Positions 12,790-24,925 of a DNA stretch of 64,000 bases are shown piece by piece. The stretch's first letter is position 1. Each line of letters begins with the position of its first letter. Below the pieces are notes generated by a model, which saw only the letters and a program-made list of their open reading frames with translations, searched no databases and was not told the origin of the DNA. The DNA lies in contig NC_043007.1 in NCBI RefSeq assembly GCF_006345805.1, positions 70,804,001 to 70,868,000 of the forward strand, in the 5' to 3' direction. Source of the DNA: Octopus sinensis. Taxonomy: Eukaryota. Both the position numbers and the translations under genes were made by a program.

Positions 12790-13417
12790 CATGTCATCAT
12801 TGCAGACACTAAAAATACCTTGACCACCTTGACAAACGTCTGATGTCTGTCCACGATGCCAAGAAGTTTGACTTGGCTAGAAAATAAAACAAAGCAAAAA
12901 GAACAAAAACAAACAAAAAACTAACTAAAATCAAAACAAAACTACAACAAAATATCAACACATAAAATTGTATGACAACAAACACTTGAGGGACTAAAGT
13001 GCCACAGTCTGTTTGACTCCATGAAGTAAAAAAGAAATAAAAATGCTGTTATAGGCTACATATAGGAAGGCTGTAGCTCCTGTGAAGCCGTCAAACCCAT
13101 GTCATCATTGCAGACACTAAAAATACCTTGACCACCTTGACAAACATCTGATGTCTGTCCACGATGCCAAGAAGTTTGACTTGGCTAGAAAATAAAACAA
13201 AGTAAAAAGAACAAAAACAAACAAAAAACTAACTAAAATCAAAACAAAACTACAACAAAATATCAACGCATAAAATTGTATGACAAACAAACACATGAGG
13301 GACTAAAGTGCCACAGTCTGTTTGACTCCATGAAGTAAAAAAGAAATAAAAATGCTGTCATAGGCTACAAATAGGAAGGCTGTAGTTCCTGTGAAGCCGT
13401 CAAACCCATGCCATCAT
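12790..13417 (+). repeat. Near-identical tandem duplication, unit about 308 bp
   Basis: 12790-13097 is repeated at 13098-13406 with few differences; CATG(T/C)CATCAT occurs at all three junctions. Confidence 0.97.
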
Positions 13418-13670
13418 GGAAGACAGACGTTAAATGGTGTATATGTATGTATGTATGTATATATGTATTTATGTGTGTGTATATGTATGTAGGTACTATT
13501 TATAACCATTTAAATGTGGATGTTCTGTTAGAACATGAGAGAAACCATTAGATACCATGAGAGAAACTCTCATATTGGCTTTGGGTGTAAAATGCATTCT
13601 TGTTCATATCGCTGGTGGGAAGACACATTTGTACATATGTATATATGTATGTATACATACATGCATACAT

Positions 13671-14226
13671 GGTGGCTGCCCCCTTGTTATCGAGTTTGGC
13701 CATTGCACGAAGCTTAATCAATGTTGTTATCGTGCAATGCCTGTGCAAGAAGATTTTTTTTAAAGTGAGAAAAGGCTGTGCACTGAGTCAATCCCACTCA
13801 CTAAGCAACAGCAACCATAGTCTGAAAAGAAGAACAAGTCAATGTCATCGGTAACCACTGAGCTGCAGATTTTATGTCGGAGTTATCCAAGTTACCTGAG
13901 TTACCTTCTCCTAGAAGGATGCCCTAACAAAGGCTAGGAGTCCTTCAGTCCAATGGTTTAACCGTGCGATCGGATATTCAGTCCGATTATTTCTATGTCC
14001 CCGCGCCTGATACAGCCTTAAGACATTTATTGGATGTCCGTTGACTCTCAAGAGTTCCTCCGCCCTTTGACAGGTTTTGTTTTTCATCCTGCAGGGTGTC
14101 CAATAAACACCCTCCTCACCAAGCAAGCTTGGTGGGGTTGATGACTTAGTCGCCGACGGCTCGACCATGCAACAGGTTGTACTGGGTTACATGTTACCAG
14201 TAGCACTCGAAAGTGACCTGACATAA
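13671..14226 (-). mobile_element. Short non-autonomous RTE-related retroelement in a (TACA)n tract
   Basis: ACATACATGCATACAT flanks both sides. The minus strand contains CTAGGAGAAGGTAACTC, resembling an RTE 5'-UTR motif, and ends GGGGCAGCCACC followed by (ATGT)n. Confidence 0.6.
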
Positions 14227-14709
14227 CATACATGCATACATACATACGTACACACACACATATATCAATGCTCGAAATGAGGAGTAGATAGACAGCTGAC
14301 AACTGATGAAGGGTCGTTCTTTATGTTACTCGTCCTGTAATGTGTTTTCGCTCAATAAACACTCATTACGCTCGTTCTGGGAATCGAAACTGCGATCCTA
14401 AAACTGCGAGTCCGCTGGCTTAACCACTTAACGCACACATATTGTAAACATTTCCTACATCCACAAACCCAGTGAGCCGTCTTGACTTAAAAAAGCTGCG
14501 AGTTGGTGACCAGGTTGAATTCTGTAGGAAAAAGAAAGAAAAGGAAAGAAAATGAAGAAATCGCAACCGTTTTTCCAAATGGCATATTTCCCCCTGATAT
14601 CATTCATACGGCTTCATGAGTTGTAGAGCACTCCTTAGAGGGTAAAGACCTTGTTTAGACGAAATGACATGCACTGTGTAAGGGTTGTGTCAAGATATTA
14701 CAAATAAAT

Positions 14710-14921
14710 ACACGTGCGCGCGTGCGCACGCATACACACACATGCTGGACTACACACACGCACGCACCCGCACGTACACCTATACACCTACGTACACACA
14801 TGCACACACACAACACACACGCGCGCACACACAAATGCACGCGTACATACACGCATGTTTGTATAGATGCATGTATATGAATGTAGCTATGTATGTACAT
14901 GTGTGTGTATATGTATAAGTA

Positions 14922-14968
<47 letters not shown>

Positions 14969-15037
14969 TACATATACATACACACACACATATAATAGAC
15001 TCACATGTGTGTGTATATGTATGTACGTAAATGTATG

Positions 15038-15108
<71 letters not shown>

Positions 15109-15245
15109 GTATATATACATAATATATATAATTATATATATACGTGTGTGTATCTGTATGAATGTGTATAGACTCACGTGTGTGTGTATGTATGTATGTA
15201 TGTATGTATGTATGTATGTACGCACGCACACACATCCGCACGTGT
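14710..15245. repeat. Compound (CA)/(TA)/(TATG) microsatellite block
   Basis: Seen directly. Confidence 0.95.
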
Positions 15246-15899
15246 GTTGCGAAGTCAAATAAAGAATATTTCTTTATCCTAAGCATTAAATACTTTCGCT
15301 GATTCCAAACTCAGTTTTGCCTTGAAATTTTGGGAAAAAGAAAATATTCTAAGTCTTTTTTTTAAGTCTTTGAATGTAAGGAAAATCACTTTTTTCGCTC
15401 GAACCCAAAGTAATTTGTAAATTTTATTGCTAAAGAGACAAAAACCTCGGTTTTTTCATTTTAAAGTCTGACAAAGAAATCTCTGAAATAATTGTAATTC
15501 CTCAAAAAATGCGGAATTATTTCGAGGCTTTCAATAACTGATTTTCTGGGAAATAAAAATTTATATTTTTTTCTGATCTGAGGGAGACAGAAAATAATTC
15601 TATTTGTCCATTTATTAATCTCTGTCGCTGCTTTTTTTCTCATTAGAAGAAGAAGAAAAAAACTTATATGCTAGAAATAAAAGAGAAAGAAAAAAATTCC
15701 CTAAGAAATCTAGTTTCCCGCTGTTTTTTCTGTTTTCAACCTTTGTCAGTTTCTCAGATTTCAATGAGAAGTAAATCTTATCTTGTTTACAATTGCGGTT
15801 GAAAGGATTTAAAACGAAGAGGGTATTGAAGTATTTTTAATTGTTTGAGGGTTTGTTTCCTTGTCTGAGAGTTGCTTCTAAATAAACAGCTGTAATCGA

Positions 15900-16588
15900 C
15901 CTCAAGACAGCTTTAATTAATTATTCCTGCTAAAAGCTACACTTCATCTAGACAACCAATTAATGTTAAAATACCAAAAATTAAAGTGAAAACAAAATTT
16001 ACTGTAATTATTGTTTCGTTAATAAAGTGGTGTCGTCAACGAGGCGAACCCCTTTTTATCGAGACAAACTTCGAGACTGACAATCGTTGTTTCATTGTTA
16101 GATTAGATAGAGACGATGTCGGGGATGGAGTGAGAAGAGGGAGGGAGTGACAGCGGCAGCGGCGGCGGCGGCGGTGGTGATTATAGCAACCACAGCGACG
16201 ACGACTATACATGCTTCACAATCAGTCGAGTAGCGGCAGGTACTCGCTCTGGGTCCATCTAATTCTTGCTTGGCACCGCTGATTTGCCTGGCATTATTCG
16301 AGACACTACTACTTCTTATCTTGTAGTTTCTCCCGCTTAAGGATATTTTTTTTTTTTAAATATCAACTCAGACCTCTTTTTACCCTTTTTTTTTTACTTC
16401 GCCGTCAACATCAACCTATCATACACACATTTTCTATGTATACGCGCACACACAGACAGACACACACACATACATATAAATTCATGTGTACAACACTCGG
16501 ATCTAGCTGACCATGTGAAAGAGATCGCCGATAAGTAAGGGCTGTCTTTTAAAGCCATCTAAATTATATTACTGGACATTTTACAATC
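15900..16588 (+). promoter_or_regulatory. Candidate promoter and 5' UTR (CpG-rich, transposon-free, (GGC)n at about 16152-16178)
   Basis: Local CpG and GC enrichment, a GGC repeat and no SINEs, leading into a strong-context ATG and a splice donor. Confidence 0.5.
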
Positions 16589-16628
16589 ATGGTATCGGTG
16601 TTAGACAGACCAGAACTGACGAAAGAAG
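16589..16628 (+). CDS. Candidate first coding exon MVSVLDRPELTKE(G), phase 1; product unknown
   Basis: Context ACAATC-ATG-G (A at -3, G at +4), 13 ordinary codons, then AAG|GTAAAC donor followed by T-rich intron-like sequence. No downstream exon was identified. Confidence 0.45.
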
Positions 16629-17774
16629 GTAAACCAGGCATTTTTGTATTTATATATTTTCTTCATTTATTTATATTTTACTTATTCACCCATTTCTGTA
16701 ACTGTCTTGGTTACACGTCCATTCGTCTTTCTATCTTTTACACTTCACGTTGCTTCTACCCAAATACAGTTGAAATATCATCAACAACAACTTAAAAATG
16801 AACCAAAATTTATCCTTCCTTAAATCCCCAGCGTTTTCCCTTTATTTCCAGCAATGTTTTCCCTTGTTTATATCATCTCATATTTCTTCTTTCTCTCATG
16901 AATGATCATCTCTTAGATTTCATGCGTTCAATGAAGGAGACTATTATTATTTCAGCTTGTTGTGCATGTCATATTTTGGTGCATTTAATCTACTAAAATT
17001 CACGATTTATTATTATTTATATTGATGATGTTACTTTTAAGGTACGAGGCCACAGGATGGAGTCCGTGATATGATCATTATTAGCAATATTGATGAAAAT
17101 GGCGTGAATATAAACCTACAAACACGATATAACAAAGATCTGGTTTATGTATCCTTTCACGATCCATCTGATCGTAAACAATATTTTGGTTTACATTCGT
17201 CTCATCGGGAGTTGTTACTTCACAATTCTTCAAACACATTCATACAATCATGTCTCTCACCATCCATCAGTCGATCAAATTTCACGCACTTGTTTTACTT
17301 TTCTTTCTACAACCAAACAAAACCGTGTTTATATCTGATGTGTGTGTGTGTTTATATTTATTTAATGACGCTCAAACGTTGAATCAATCGAATCATGTTC
17401 GATAGAATTTTCATTTTGGCCGTCAGAAAACTTTTTCCACATATTTCCTGACAAACTGTGTCGATAACTTATAAACTAAAACCATTTGCCAAACACAGTA
17501 TTTCTATTTTTTTCAACTTAGCCAAGATCTCGGTGCTTTTAGATATTTCAGTTTTCTTTACAGTCGGTTAAGTCTAAATGCTGTTTTTAAATTACGCGTC
17601 TTAATTATTATTATTATTTACGAATGTTCCAATTAGTTTTTCGGGCGTTCAGTTCTCTTTCTAGTGGACCCGTTTGCCCTGCATGCCTTTGTTCTCCCTA
17701 TCTTACACATGCAGCCACTAATTCGGGTAAAAACTTAGTCTGAAGCATGCACAAAGCAGATCTGCCTACCCCAC

Positions 17775-18145
17775 TTCTCTCTCTCTCTCTCTTTCACACA
17801 CACACACAGAATCACACTTACACCTACAGTCAAACATACATTCATACACAGTTACATATACGCATACAAACACACATATATACAGTCACAGACATACACA
17901 CCGTCACACCTATACATACAATACAGTTACATACATATAGTCAAGCATACATTCATACATATAATAGTTACATACACATAGTCAAACACATTCATACACA
18001 CACAGTCTCATACATATAGTCAAACATACATTCATACACACACAGACACTTACATCCACCCATACACATACATTCACACACACACATACAGTCATATACA
18101 CGCACACTCTAGTATTATATATATATATATATATATATATTATAT
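17775..18145. repeat. Degenerate (CT)/(CA)/(CATA) low-complexity array
   Basis: Seen directly; recurring ACAGTC/ATAGTC-punctuated CA units. Confidence 0.9.
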
Positions 18146-20098
18146 TCATTGTTATTGTTCTTTGCGTTATTTTCAATCATTCGCTCACCATCGAAGTTGC
18201 AATATCCAGCTAATCAATATTGCTTTTAAACTATCCTAGACTCTAACTTTCTTCTCCGTTACACTATAAATTGAAAGTGTGTCTTGAAGATGATTATTGA
18301 AAATACTTTCAATGCTTTTTACATATAATAGAAATTTTTTATTTTTATTTTCTTCGTGCTTACCTCTCTCTCTCTCTATCTTTTTCTCTCTCTCTCTCTC
18401 TCTCATTGTGCGCACAAACAACAAAGAGAGAACCGGGTTACAGCAACCCGTTACAAACATTAAAAAAAAAAAAATACTAAATGTAATTGCAATCAGAATT
18501 TAAATATTAAAATAAATCACCATCAAAAAGGAGTCGTCCGACTTTGGGAAACTCTGATAACATTCACCTCCTTGTATTGTTATTATTATTATTATTAATA
18601 ATAATAGTAATAATATTACCCCCTGCAATGCAGAGGGGGAAGAAACTGCAGTGTTGGTCGCTCCATACCTGTCCACCACCCCGATTAATACGAGTATTTC
18701 TACTACTACTACTACTACTACTACTGATGTTGTTATTGTTGTTGATGATGATGATGATGATTAACAATTTCATATCGACTATTCGTCATGATTTCGTCAC
18801 TCGACGGTCTCACGGAGGATTGCCGTCGAATATAATATAATCATGCATTATATCTCGTTTTACCCGAAGCGATTTTTCTCCATTCATAAAAATATTCTGT
18901 CGTCTAGTCTCTACCACTCCCTCCACCCAGTTGTCCACCGAGGAATACACTGCTTTTTGCTTCTATCTTCGGTTGCATTATCTGTCTGGTGGACCCAACA
19001 ATCTTAAGATAATAATAGTAATAATAATAATAATAATAAATAGATATGTATATATTAATATAATAAATGTATGAATTCCTAGAAAATATTCTCGTTTCTT
19101 AAACTTCATTCATCTTCTTTGCGAGCTGTTAGAACCATTTGTCTTGTGAATCAGCGACGAAAGTAATTGAAATCTCCGTCATTGCCAATTACTGCATTTT
19201 TACACAACAACACCCTGTCAAATAAATATTTATTTTGTTAAATAAACAAAGACTTTTTCTTTTGTTTGTGCAGTTTCTCAGTTAGAGGGAATCGCTGTCT
19301 CTAGTTTAACTATGTAATTCATTCATTGTTTTAACAGCGTGAATTAGTCGAGACTACTGACTGTCAATGTAAGGGGAGAGAGTTCTTTTCTTTTTTTTCT
19401 TTTTGTTTTACGTTGCCAAAGAGCACGTGAATGAATGTAAAGTGAGAGTTAGTAGAAAATGTTTCCAGGTATACGATAGAAACTCTTCAAAGACACGTAT
19501 TTCGGTTAGGTGACAGTTCAAGAAACGGATTTCTAACATAAGCACAACTTTTTTTCTAAGGGTGAATAGAGTGCAGTTGGTTTGATTGATATTAATTCTA
19601 TCGACCCCTTAAAGAATGAACGATAAATGTCAAGTCTCGCCGGATTTGAACTCAGGTGGTAAAGCAACGTTTAAATGTTTTCATTATTTCTGTTATTTGA
19701 GGTGAGGTCGTTGTCGTTTCGATTCCCGATTGGAACGTCTTCACATTATTTACGATGCTAACCTCTCCAGGAAAGAGATGAAACATTTCAATTTCCAATT
19801 TGCATTGTCTACAAATGTCAAGTCTGATACCTATAAAAGTCGTAGTTCTTGCTTTTTTTTTTTGTTCTTTTTTCGTACTCACTTTCTCCTCTGCTTTCTT
19901 CCTCCGATTCTACCTTGCTGCTTGCCGTTGTTGCTGCACTTTAAATACTGTTCGCTTGAAGTAACTCTCGGGGAAGACCCCCCCAAAAGCATGCGAACGA
20001 TTTCTCAGTTGCACATTACCATTCCAGCGCACCAGCTCTCTCTCTCTCTCTCACCCCCACACCTTTGTTATAGACACAGTCATACCTCAACATGCACG

Positions 20099-20242
20099 CA
20101 CGTGGCTAGACGTGTCCCCTCCTCCCCACTATCACGTGCAGCATGTGTGTCGAGAGTGACTTAACAAGTTGCGTTTAATCTTGACTCGTTACAAAATCAT
20201 TATTTCCACATAAGACATGAGGCTGCTTGTTGTCATAGAAAC
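20099..20242. promoter_or_regulatory. Motif cluster: CACGTG x2, GACGTG and an RFX X-box match
   Basis: CACGTG at 20099 and 20133, GACGTG at 20109, and GTTGTCATAGAAAC at 20229-20242, which fits GTHNYY-AT-RRNAAC. Confidence 0.4.
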
Positions 20243-21054
20243 CAACCTTCTTTCTCTTCGCTCTCATTCCCCCCTCCCCCCACCAATTATTCTGCTAGTC
20301 TGCTGCCACAATTCCGTAAATCCCGTCTCTCTATCTCTCAGGTTTGGAAATTATTCCCCTCCTGTCGCCCTATCCGAGAATGTTTAAGGTCTCACTGCAT
20401 ATTTTCAGCAAACATTTATGGAATTTATCTAACGTAACATAACAGGGATACAATTTAGTCAATTAATGTCTGTCAAACAATTATTAATAACCATCCTGGT
20501 AGTACTTGTGATGTAAAAACACAATTTAACAACTGAAAATAATGAACCATTATTTCAACTTCAAGTTCAGTGTTGTCCAATTTACGTATTCCATTGTACT
20601 TGGAGTTCGATATATCTAGTTCTAGTTTGTTATATTTTCACTAATCGATATGCTAAGTATTGCCAGAAAATGCTGTATTTTAGTTAAATTTGAAATGATT
20701 GCTATCTTATAGCTGAAAGATTCGTATGATTGCTATTTTATTATAACAGAAAGACTCGTCTTCCATGTGAATTACTCGATCTGATTGTTTCATTCATTGT
20801 CAATGGTTATTGACATTTCACGTCCACCACAAACAGCAGGCACTCGTCCGAGTGACTAACTGGTCCAGTTCATATGTCCGAATGATCAAATAGATAAATA
20901 GGGGTAAATTACATTTAATTATGGTAGCTATGAATGGCCTCCAATTTATTGTCTTCTGTTTTAAAGATATAAATTATGACTCAAACAGTGCACACACAGA
21001 CATTATATTACATTATGTTATATTATACGAATATGTAGGTCTGTGTGTGTGTGT

Positions 21055-21240
21055 GGAGGCACGTGGCCCAGTGGTTAAGGTATTGCATTCACGGTCGTTA
21101 GTTTGTGATTTCGGTTCCTGGACCGTTCAGTATGTTGTGTTCTTGAGCTAAACATTTCATTTCACATTGCTGCAGTCCTGTCAGCTGGCAAAAAATGTGT
21201 AATCTTGGGACGGACCGATGTTCCGTCCAGGAGTAAATAT
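21055..21240 (+). mobile_element. tRNA-headed SINE family D
   Basis: GGAGGCACGTGGCCCAGTGGTTAAGG head with a CORE-like domain. Confidence 0.8.
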
Positions 21241-21272
21241 ATATATATATAATTTACACACACACACACACA

Positions 21273-21335
21273 CGTAGCTAGAGTGTGTGCCGCCCGGTGC
21301 AGAGCGCCCCTATCGCCCCCCTAGGTACGCTAGTA
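21273..21335. mobile_element. Miniature GC-rich-TIR MITE remnant
   Basis: CGTAGCTAG..CTAGGTACG inverted ends; related to 27008-27157 and 23945-24117. Confidence 0.55.
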
Positions 21336-21377
21336 TACCCACACACACCGTACGTACATACATACATACATATATTA

Positions 21378-21790
21378 TCTTTACTCTCTCTTTTACTTGT
21401 TTCAGTCATTTGACTGCGGCTATGCTGGAGCACCGCCTTTAGTCGAGCAAATCGATCCCAGGACTTATTCTTTGGAAGCCTAGTACTTATTCTATCGGTC
21501 TCTTTTGCCGAACCGCTAAGTTACGGGAACGTAAACACACCAGCATCGGTTGTCAAGCGATGTTGGGGGGACAAACACAGACACACAAACATACACACAC
21601 ACACATATATATATATATACATATATACAACAGGCTTCTTTCAGTTTCCGTCTACCAAATCCACTCACAAGGCTTTGGTCGGCCCGAGGCTATAGTAGAA
21701 GACACTTGCCCAAGGTGCCACGCAGTGGGACTGAACCCGGAACCATGTGGTTGGTTAGCAAGCTGCTTACCACACAGCCACTCCTGCGCC
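21378..21790 (-). mobile_element. SINE family A, well preserved
   Basis: Full-length copy with CpGs retained, ending in CACAGCCACTCCTGCGCC. Confidence 0.95.
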
Positions 21791-21887
21791 TATGTGTGTT
21801 TGTATTATATATTTTGTTCATAATAGACATCGTCAGCAAATGAAACACATACAGAAAGTTGAAAACATTTCTGCCCTAAGTAACTGA

Positions 21888-22105
21888 TTTCAAATTTTGG
21901 CACAAGGCCAGCAAGTTCGAGGGCTGGGTGGAGATAAATCGATTACACCGATCCAGTACTCAACTGGTCCTTATTTTATCGACCCGAAAACGATGAACGG
22001 TAATTTCTGACCTTGTTGGAATTTTGAACTCAGAACGTGAAGACGGACGAAATGCTACTAAGCGTTTTGCCCTGTGTGCTAACGGTTCGGCCAGCACGCT
22101 GCCTT
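21888..22105 (-). mobile_element. SINE family B
   Basis: Reverse complement of the family B core. Confidence 0.8.
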
Positions 22106-22485
22106 CTGACCTGCTTAATTGACATAAATAAATCAACAAAGAGAAATGAGTGAAAACGACCAGTCTTGGAACTGCGAAGATGAAGAAGAGTGGGTAACCG
22201 GCACTATCTCCATATGAGAAGTGAAAATTTTAACAAGAATTAAGAATTCCTCAGAGTTGGTATGACTTTTCAGAAAGGAGTTGTCTGATTGGCCAAAGAC
22301 TAGAGGAGAGCTGTGAGCACATGTTTCTGTCTTAATAGGTGTCATCAGCACAGCAACTGTCCTACCTTAGTTATAATATATACTAAAACAGAGTTGAACA
22401 GATTTATGGCTGGGTAATTTGCAGAAATAGCAAGAAAATGAGCCAAAGAGAGCTAAGAGTAGTCAGTCACTTTGGTGAATTGTGA

Positions 22486-22878
22486 CTCTTTTACTCTTTT
22501 TCTTGTTTCAGTCATTTGACTGCAGCCATGCTGGAGCCCCGCCTTTAGTCGAGCAAATCGACCCCAAGACTTATTCTTTGTAAGCCTAGTACTTATTGTA
22601 TCGGTCTCTTTTGCCAAACTGCTAAGTTACATGGACGTAAACACACCAGCATCAGTTGTCAAGCGATGTTGGGGGGACAAACACACACATACCTATATAT
22701 ATATATATATATATATGGCAGGCTTCTTTCAGTTTCCATCTACCAAATCCACTCACAAGGCTTTGGTCATCCTGAGGCTATAGTGGAAGACACTTGCCCA
22801 AGGTGTCATGCAGTGGGACTGAACCTGCAACCATGTGGTTGGTAAGCAAGCTGCTTACCACACAGCCACTCCTGTGCC
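22486..22878 (-). mobile_element. SINE family A
   Basis: Full-length copy. Confidence 0.93.
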
Positions 22879-23513
22879 TTGTCAAATTTGTTTTGTTCTA
22901 TCCTTTAACCAATCTCCCCACCATCATCTTTCTATCTTCGTTTCTGCTAAATTATTTTTAGATTTATATATCTCAATGTTATACTTCTATTTTTTAAAAC
23001 GATAAGGTGTAGTTTGAGGGAGATTCCAGTTGCTAATTGTTAAGTATTGAGTAACTAGTTGGCTTCCTCATAAGTTTTTCCCCCTCCATACCACTACATC
23101 ACTCCTAGCTAACATTCATCACATAGAGTCGGAGTCTGCTTTCTTCCAAAATATATTATATATGATACCTACCAAATCCCTTATCACTTTTTTCCCTCAA
23201 AAAACATGGAACACAATCGACCATCTCTTTCAGTGTAAATATATTATACACTGATGAAACATACCATTAAATATTACCCTCAATGCTTTGAAATGATCAT
23301 ACCATGCTTAGAAGTTAAGCAATTAAATGGAAAATGGTAGAAGCATGAAAAACTATCACAGAACTTAACTGTAACACTATTCTAAGATCTTCTCCCTCCC
23401 TCTTTCTTTCTTTCTTATTCTCTCTTATAAATCCTCTCTTTCTCTCCCCCTCTTTCTTACTCATTGCTGACAAAGTGCACACAAACATTGCAACAACATC
23501 ACAAAACTCATTA

Positions 23514-23677
23514 GGCGTAGGAGTGGCTGTGTGGTAAGTAGCTTGCTTACCAACCACATGGTTCCATGTTCAGTCCCACTGCGTGGCGCCATGGGCAAGT
23601 GTCTTTTACTCTAGCCTCGGGTCGACCAATGCCTTGTGAGTGGATTTGGTAGATGGAAACTAAACAAGCCTGTCGTG

Positions 23678-23720
<43 letters not shown>

Positions 23721-23911
23721 CTGTGTTTGTTCCCCCAACATTGCTTGACAACTGATGCTAGTGTGTTTACATCCCTGTTACTTAGCGGTTCAGCAAAAGA
23801 GACCGATAGAATAAGTTCTAGGCTTACAAAGAATAAGTCCTGGGGTCGATTTGCTCGACTAAAGGCGGTGCTCCAGCATGGCCACAGTCAAATGACTGAA
23901 ACAAGTAAAAG
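23514..23911 (+). mobile_element. SINE family A
   Basis: Full-length copy GGCGTAGGAGTGGCTGTGTGG..GACTGAAACAAGTAAAAG. Confidence 0.93.
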
Positions 23912-23944
23912 CGTACCAAATACTGTGCCAAGATTTACTCTATT

Positions 23945-24117
23945 CAGTGGTATAGCTAAAGGGTGTGCCACCAGACACAGCACTTTCATTTGTCCCCCAA
24001 ACAGGTTTATGCAACGACCCAAAAGAGCCACCATCATAAAAAGCATCACCTGGGGTGGACTACTGCCCCCTTGCTTTCTTCTTCTCCTTCTCTCTCCCCC
24101 ACTCAACTGTGCTACTG
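23945..24117. mobile_element. GC-rich-TIR MITE, degenerate
   Basis: CAGTGGTATAGCTA start and CTGTGCTACTG end. Confidence 0.55.
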
Positions 24118-24398
24118 ACTCTTATGAATAATCCCTTCTACTATAGGCACAAGGCCCTAGTGCTTCATTTAGCGACCCCAAAAGGATGAAAGACAAAGTT
24201 GACCTCAGTTGAATTTGAACTCAGAACATAACGACGGACAAAATGCCACTAAGCATTTTACCTGGCATATGCAGAACAACATCATGTTGTTATATTTAAG
24301 GAGGGCCATTCTGCCAATAACAACACTTCATTATCATTTGTTGGTTGGTTAACTATTTATCCAATTAACTAATCAATTATTTGATTAATTGCTTAGAG

Positions 24399-24528
24399 CA
24401 GTGCTCTGCAACTAGTATACTGTGACACACTGGTGTGCTGCAGAATAACCTGAATATATTTTTTTCCCTATACTTTTAGTTATATTTTTAGTTCAGGTGT
24501 ACCACTGAATTTTGTAAAGAATAATGAT

Positions 24529-24559
<31 letters not shown>

Positions 24560-24925
24560 GTTTAACGTCCGCTTTCTATGCTAGCATGGGTTGGACGATT
24601 TGACTGAGGACTGGCGAACCAGATGGCTGCTCCAGGCTCCAATCTTGATCTGGCAGAGTTTCTACAGCTGGATGCCCTTCCTAATGCCAACCACTCCGAG
24701 AGTGTAGTGGGTGCTTTTACATACCCCCGGAATGAGGGCCAGTCAGGTGGTACTGGCAACGGCCATGCCCAAATGGTGTTTTTTACGTGCCACCTGCACA
24801 GGAGCTGGCCCAGCGACACTGGCAATGACCTTGCTTGAATGCTTTTTTCATGTGCCTCCGTCACAAGTGCCAGTAAGGTGACGCTGGTAGTGTACCGCAA
24901 ATGAAAAAAAAGTTGCAGACCACTC
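24399..24925. mobile_element. hAT-like MITE with 8-bp TSD, containing a nested SINE E (about 24530-24890, minus)
   Basis: TIRs CAGTGCTCTGCAAC / GTTGCAGACCACTC; TSD GCTTAGAG / GTTTAGAG; second family member at 29658-29833. Confidence 0.85.

Noticed and set aside
18564-18840. Minus-strand exon with CAG|GTATGG donor near 18668 (MKLLIIIII..RGGGQ or MTNSRYEIVNHHHHHQQQ)
   Set aside because: It is mostly trinucleotide repeat, one frame stops in the repeat, and no partner exon was found; too weak to call.
19832-19839. TATA box TATAAAAG
   Set aside because: The expected start position falls in a poly-T run with no initiator, and the word is common in AT-rich DNA.
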